A stretch of DNA of 64,000 nt. Source: Candidatus Bathyarchaeota archaeon (GTDB lineage Archaea > Thermoproteota > CALKCG01 > B24 > DRYS01). The notes under the pieces were generated by a model. The model was not told the DNA's origin and did no database searches. It saw nothing but the letters and a program-made list of their open reading frames with translations. The first letter of the stretch is position 1. Each line of letters opens with the position of its first letter. The stretch is from assembly GCA_018396535.1 (NCBI GenBank), contig JAGTQC010000004.1, positions 1-64,000 of the forward strand, given 5' to 3'. Shown here piece by piece: positions 60,426-64,000 of this stretch. The translations under genes and the position numbers were made by a program.

Positions 60426-60466
60426 TCTAATATTTAAATATTAGAAAGGTAAAAACCATAGGTTTT
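60426..60466 (+). promoter_or_regulatory. Palindromic TATA region plus downstream inverted repeat (putative operator)
   Basis: Perfect 20-bp palindrome TCTAATATTTAAATATTAGA (60426-60445) centred on TTTAAA; AAAACC-ATA-GGTTTT (60452-60466) just before the ATG at 60476. Confidence 0.5.
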
Positions 60467-60475
60467 CTACTTAGA

Positions 60476-61117
60476 ATGACGTTATCGCATTTATCTAGCT
60501 ATTTAACGCATAGGACATGCATCCTATGTGCATCTCTAGGTTTAGGATGCTGTAATCGATGTCAACCATTCATACTGTATGCTGATATTAAGCGTATGGT
60601 TGCCCATATAGATTCAAGGATTGTTAAAGAGTTGATCGAGTGTAGCATGATACCTGAAGCTTATCGTGATCATTTGGAGAATCCTGAGATGAGGATGGTA
60701 TACTATCAATGGGGTGGGTCATGGTATAGGATTCAGATGAGGTTTTCGAATGGCTCATGTATAGCCCTTAAACATGGCCTTGGCTGTATGCTTAATAGAT
60801 ATAGGCCCCTGATATGCGTAGTATGGCCGTTTTGGTGGAGTGAAGACTCAAATCCGTTAGGTAATGATTTTGAGATAGAAGTTATCGGTGAATGTACCAT
60901 GGCTATACGTTGGATGTTTACACCTGAGAGAATAATGTTCGAGCTTGATATGGATGAAGCAGAGTTGAAGAAGTATCTGAGGAGTATGTATATTGCGTTG
61001 AGGGAGCATGAGTCTATACTTAGGGAAGCCTATAGTAAAGGTGTGGAGCCATCTATGCTTCTAGAATGGCTTATAACTAAGGCTGTATCCAGCTATCCTA
61101 TGGAGGAGTATCTTTGA
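60476..61117 (+). CDS. YkgJ-family cysteine-cluster protein
   Basis: CILC...CCNRC, C..L...GC....RPLIC..WPF, terminal Cys. Confidence 0.78.
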   Translation: MTLSHLSSYLTHRTCILCASLGLGCCNRCQPFILYADIKRMVAHIDSRIVKELIECSMIPEAYRDHLENPEMRMVYYQWGGSWYRIQMRFSNGSCIALKHGLGCMLNRYRPLICVVWPFWWSEDSNPLGNDFEIEVIGECTMAIRWMFTPERIMFELDMDEAELKKYLRSMYIALREHESILREAYSKGVEPSMLLEWLITKAVSSYPMEEYL

Positions 61118-62115
61118 GTATGAAGGTCGCTATACTATATAATGCACCAGCTGGTAAGCCTGATAGTATCGAATATCTATCTGAAGCAGGGGTGCTAGAG
61201 GAAGTTGAAGCTGTTAGACTAGCTCTAGAGAGGCTTGATTTAAAGTACGATATTATCCCACTTAGAGATGATATAATCGAGTTTGCTAGAGCTGTTAAAA
61301 ACTGTAATCCTGATGTAGCTGTAAATCTATGTGAGGGAGCCTTCGGTTATAGTATGTATGAGATGAATGTAGCAGCACTCCTAGAGCTTCTAGGGGTTCC
61401 GTATACTGGGGCAGATCCTTTAACCTTGGCTTTAGCTAGGGATAAGGGGTTATCCAAGGATATATTTAGAGCTAAGGGTATACCTACACCAGAGTATAGG
61501 GTTTTGAACAGTATCTTGGATTGGGATTCTAAACTGAGTTTCCCACTTATAGTTAAACCTGTAGCTGAGGATGCTAGTATCGGTTTAACGCGTAGAAATT
61601 TTGTTAGATGCTTCGATGAGCTTAAAGATATCGTCGAGTATATAGTCGTAAGGTATGGTCAGCCAGCGTTGGTTGAGGAGTATATCGCGGGTAGAGAGCT
61701 TAACGTAGCGTTCATAGGAGGTGAAGAACCTGTGATGCTACCTATCTCTGAGATCGTATTCGAGTTCGAAGAGGAGCCTAGGATAGTAGACTATTATGCT
61801 AAATGGGTTAAAGGTAGCTATGAGTATGAGAGGACTAGGCCTCTATGTCCAGCACCTCTTGATGAAGGGGTAAGGGTTAGAGTGGAGGATGCTGCTAGAA
61901 GGGCCTATAAAGCTTTAAAGTGTAGGGATTATGGTCGTGTAGATATAAGGCTTAGAGGTATGGTGCCATATGTTCTAGAAGTTAATCCAAACCCGGATAT
62001 ATCGCTAGATTCAGGTTTCGTTAGGAGTTTGAATGCTGCTGGTATACGTTATGAGGATTTCATAGCTAGGATAATATCCTATGCCTTAGATAGGTCTAGG
62101 AAGTTTAACAAGTGA
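61114..62115 (+). CDS. ATP-grasp ligase, D-Ala-D-Ala-ligase-like (EVNPNP type)
   Basis: NLCEG, GVPYTG, DK..SK, IVKPVAEDASIG, EEYIAGRE, Y.AKW, GRVDIR, EVNPNPD; lacks the Ddl GGxSxE motif. Confidence 0.85.
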   Translation: MSMKVAILYNAPAGKPDSIEYLSEAGVLEEVEAVRLALERLDLKYDIIPLRDDIIEFARAVKNCNPDVAVNLCEGAFGYSMYEMNVAALLELLGVPYTGADPLTLALARDKGLSKDIFRAKGIPTPEYRVLNSILDWDSKLSFPLIVKPVAEDASIGLTRRNFVRCFDELKDIVEYIVVRYGQPALVEEYIAGRELNVAFIGGEEPVMLPISEIVFEFEEEPRIVDYYAKWVKGSYEYERTRPLCPAPLDEGVRVRVEDAARRAYKALKCRDYGRVDIRLRGMVPYVLEVNPNPDISLDSGFVRSLNAAGIRYEDFIARIISYALDRSRKFNK

Positions 62116-63144
62116 TCTATTATCTAGCTTATCCTCCATGCCATACCTTTCTAGAGCGTACCAGAGGATGGTGCATATTAGCTCGTCGTAGCTATATCCG
62201 GCTGCTCTAGCAGCTGTAGGTAGGGCTGAGTGTGCATCTGGATTCGGTATCAATCCTGGTAGAGGGTTGACTTCCATTATGCGTGGTTCACCGTATCTAT
62301 CTAGCCTGACGTCTATACGGCATAGATCTCTGCATCCTAGGACTCTAAACGTTTTGAGAGCTATATCTTTAAGCTTGGATTCTAAGCTTAACGGTATATC
62401 TGCCGGGCATCGTAGTATATCTAGCGGATTGTTCGGTGTATCCCAAAGCCATTTAGCTTCGTAGGAGTATATGGGGCTAGCTTCCCTCGGTAATTTATCG
62501 AGTAGAATCTCTACTATCGGTAGTACGACTGGACTCCTATTACCTAGGATTCCTATAGTGAATTCTCTACCAGGTAGGAATTCCTCGACTATAGCGGGTT
62601 GTTTATAAGTCGATATAACCCATGAAACCTGTTTTCTAAGAGCCTCCGCATCCCTGACGAGAGATGTGCTTCTAATACCTTTGCTCGACCCCTCTCTTAG
62701 AGGTTTAACTATGAGTGGAAATTCCAGATAGTCTTCGAGCTTCTCTTCAACTGATTCAAACACCTGGAATTTAGGTGATGGCAGCCCATACGATGATAAT
62801 ACCTGGTGGGTTAGAGCTTTATCCAGACATATAGCTAGGGTAGCGGGGCCAGATCCGGTATATGGTATACCCAGCATCTCGAGTATGGAAGGTATATGCG
62901 ATTCTCTACTCTCACCTCTTAGCCCCTCAGCTATATTGAACACTATATCTGGTTTCTCGCTTCTAAGCCGTAGGTAGGAATCCTCATCGGCTTCGATCTT
63001 CACGACACTACATCCACTCTTCTCTAGAGCTTTAGCTATAGCTTCTACAGTTTCCTCTTCATCATATTCTACATAGTAGTCTTCTGGTAGATCTGATGCG
63101 GCAGGTCTTCTTAGATTATACGTTATACATACCTTCAGCGGCAT
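62086..63144 (-). CDS. ATP-grasp ligase, D-Ala-D-Ala-ligase-like (EVNPLPG type)
   Basis: EYD..ET, FNIAEG..G..RE, GIPYTGS, IVKP..EGSSKGI, EEFLPGRE, YSYEAKW, RIDVR, EVNPLPG. Confidence 0.87.
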   Translation of the reverse strand: MPLKVCITYNLRRPAASDLPEDYYVEYDEEETVEAIAKALEKSGCSVVKIEADEDSYLRLRSEKPDIVFNIAEGLRGESRESHIPSILEMLGIPYTGSGPATLAICLDKALTHQVLSSYGLPSPKFQVFESVEEKLEDYLEFPLIVKPLREGSSKGIRSTSLVRDAEALRKQVSWVISTYKQPAIVEEFLPGREFTIGILGNRSPVVLPIVEILLDKLPREASPIYSYEAKWLWDTPNNPLDILRCPADIPLSLESKLKDIALKTFRVLGCRDLCRIDVRLDRYGEPRIMEVNPLPGLIPNPDAHSALPTAARAAGYSYDELICTILWYALERYGMEDKLDNRSLVKLPRPI

Positions 63145-63171
63145 AGCTCTTCTAATAGCCTCCCTTTAAGT

Positions 63172-64000
63172 CTAGGGAGGCGTAGCGTAGGCTATAGCCT
63201 CCTCCTCTATGGGAGGCTGCGGATACACGTATATATTGCCTTCATAGTTCCTGAGGATCACCTTATCCTTATCGAATGCTACTATATAGTTTGGTTGAAT
63301 CGGTATTTTACCCCCGCCGCCCGGAGCATCTATAACGTATCTAGGTATAGCTAAACCAGATGTATAGCCTATAAGCGATTCGAGTATCTTTATACCCGTC
63401 TCTACTCTGGTTCTGAAGTGGGATGCCCCCTTAACTAGATCCATCTGGAATAGGTAGTATGGCCTAACACGTATCTTTAATAGTTTATGTAGGAGTTCCT
63501 TCATAACCTTGGGGTCGTCGTTGACCCCCTTCAATAGTACGGATTGATTACCTAGTGGTATACCCGCATCTGCTAGTAATCCGCATGCTCTTTCACTCTC
63601 CTCCGTTATCTCTCTAGGATGATTGAAGTGTACGTTAACATATAGTGGATGATATTTCTTCAATATACTGCATAGCTTAGGGGTTATCCTTTGCGGTAGT
63701 GTACAGGGCATTCTAGATCCTATTCTTACAATCTCCACATGCTGTATAGCTCTAACCTTACCTAATATGCGATCTAGAGTCTCATCTGGAAGCATGAATG
63801 GATCTCCACCGGAGAGTAGTACATCTCTTATAGATGGGTTACCCTTGATATACTCTATCTGTTTAGCCCATTCATCCATAGACAACCTCGCAGGGGATCT
63901 TCCCACCATCCTCTTCCTAGTACAGAATCTACAGTATGTAGCGCATACGGTTGATACACACATAAGAACTCTATCAGGGTATCTATGAACTAAACCTGGT
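63172..64000 (-). CDS. kamA: KamA-family radical SAM/PLP 2,3-aminomutase (5' end outside the window)
   Basis: Frame continues past 63963 as [60 protein letters not shown] (PLP Lys). Confidence 0.92.
   Translation of the reverse strand, partial: PGLVHRYPDRVLMCVSTVCATYCRFCTRKRMVGRSPARLSMDEWAKQIEYIKGNPSIRDVLLSGGDPFMLPDETLDRILGKVRAIQHVEIVRIGSRMPCTLPQRITPKLCSILKKYHPLYVNVHFNHPREITEESERACGLLADAGIPLGNQSVLLKGVNDDPKVMKELLHKLLKIRVRPYYLFQMDLVKGASHFRTRVETGIKILESLIGYTSGLAIPRYVIDAPGGGGKIPIQPNYIVAFDKDKVILRNYEGNIYVYPQPPIEEEAIAYATPP

Noticed and set aside
61114-63144. Annotation as true D-Ala-D-Ala ligases for peptidoglycan synthesis
   Set aside because: Archaeal context, no mur or alr genes, the Ddl GGxSxE motif is missing, and the genes are linked to kamA.
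754-63988. Many 60-160 aa antisense or nested ORFs in the track (e.g. 754..1065, 5396..5710, 38610..39089, 45149..45559, 50477..50962)
   Set aside because: They overlap well-supported genes, are Ser/Ile/Leu-rich shadow translations and carry no recognisable motifs.
1-64000. CRISPR arrays, rRNA, inteins, transposases/integrases, Sec/Pyl read-through
   Set aside because: No regularly spaced repeats, no rRNA-like stretch and no recombinase motifs were seen. The recognised enzymes, including rgy and the hydrogenase subunits present, are normal length with no in-frame stops.

Overview
Compact chromosomal segment of a thermophilic archaeon: reverse gyrase, TFE, L15e, archaeal CoaD, geranylgeranyl reductase and TATA/BRE-type promoters. 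The gene mix is compatible with a TACK lineage such as Bathyarchaeia, which is an inference. Housekeeping content: tRNA-Leu(TAG), an aspS-gatCAB operon, trxB, nth, tfe, rgy, a methanogen-type SerRS, cofE and pcm. Metabolic content: a group 3b hydrogenase hydB-hydG-hydD cluster with no large subunit, an O-phosphoserine sulfhydrylase carrying a degenerate ParB/SerK-like N-terminal domain, aconitase X, sugar catabolism genes, three ABC systems and an alpha-glucan (glycogen-like) cluster. Also present are a decayed MOT1-type transporter pseudogene and a candidate box C/D K-turn small RNA. The right edge holds the best candidate for an uncharacterised pathway: a KamA-type 2,3-aminomutase, two Ddl-like ATP-grasp ligases and a YkgJ-type Cys-cluster protein, suggesting beta-amino-acid peptide synthesis in an organism not expected to make peptidoglycan. 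No CRISPR array, rRNA, integrase or transposase was seen. All calls come from motif recognition by eye; no database search was run.
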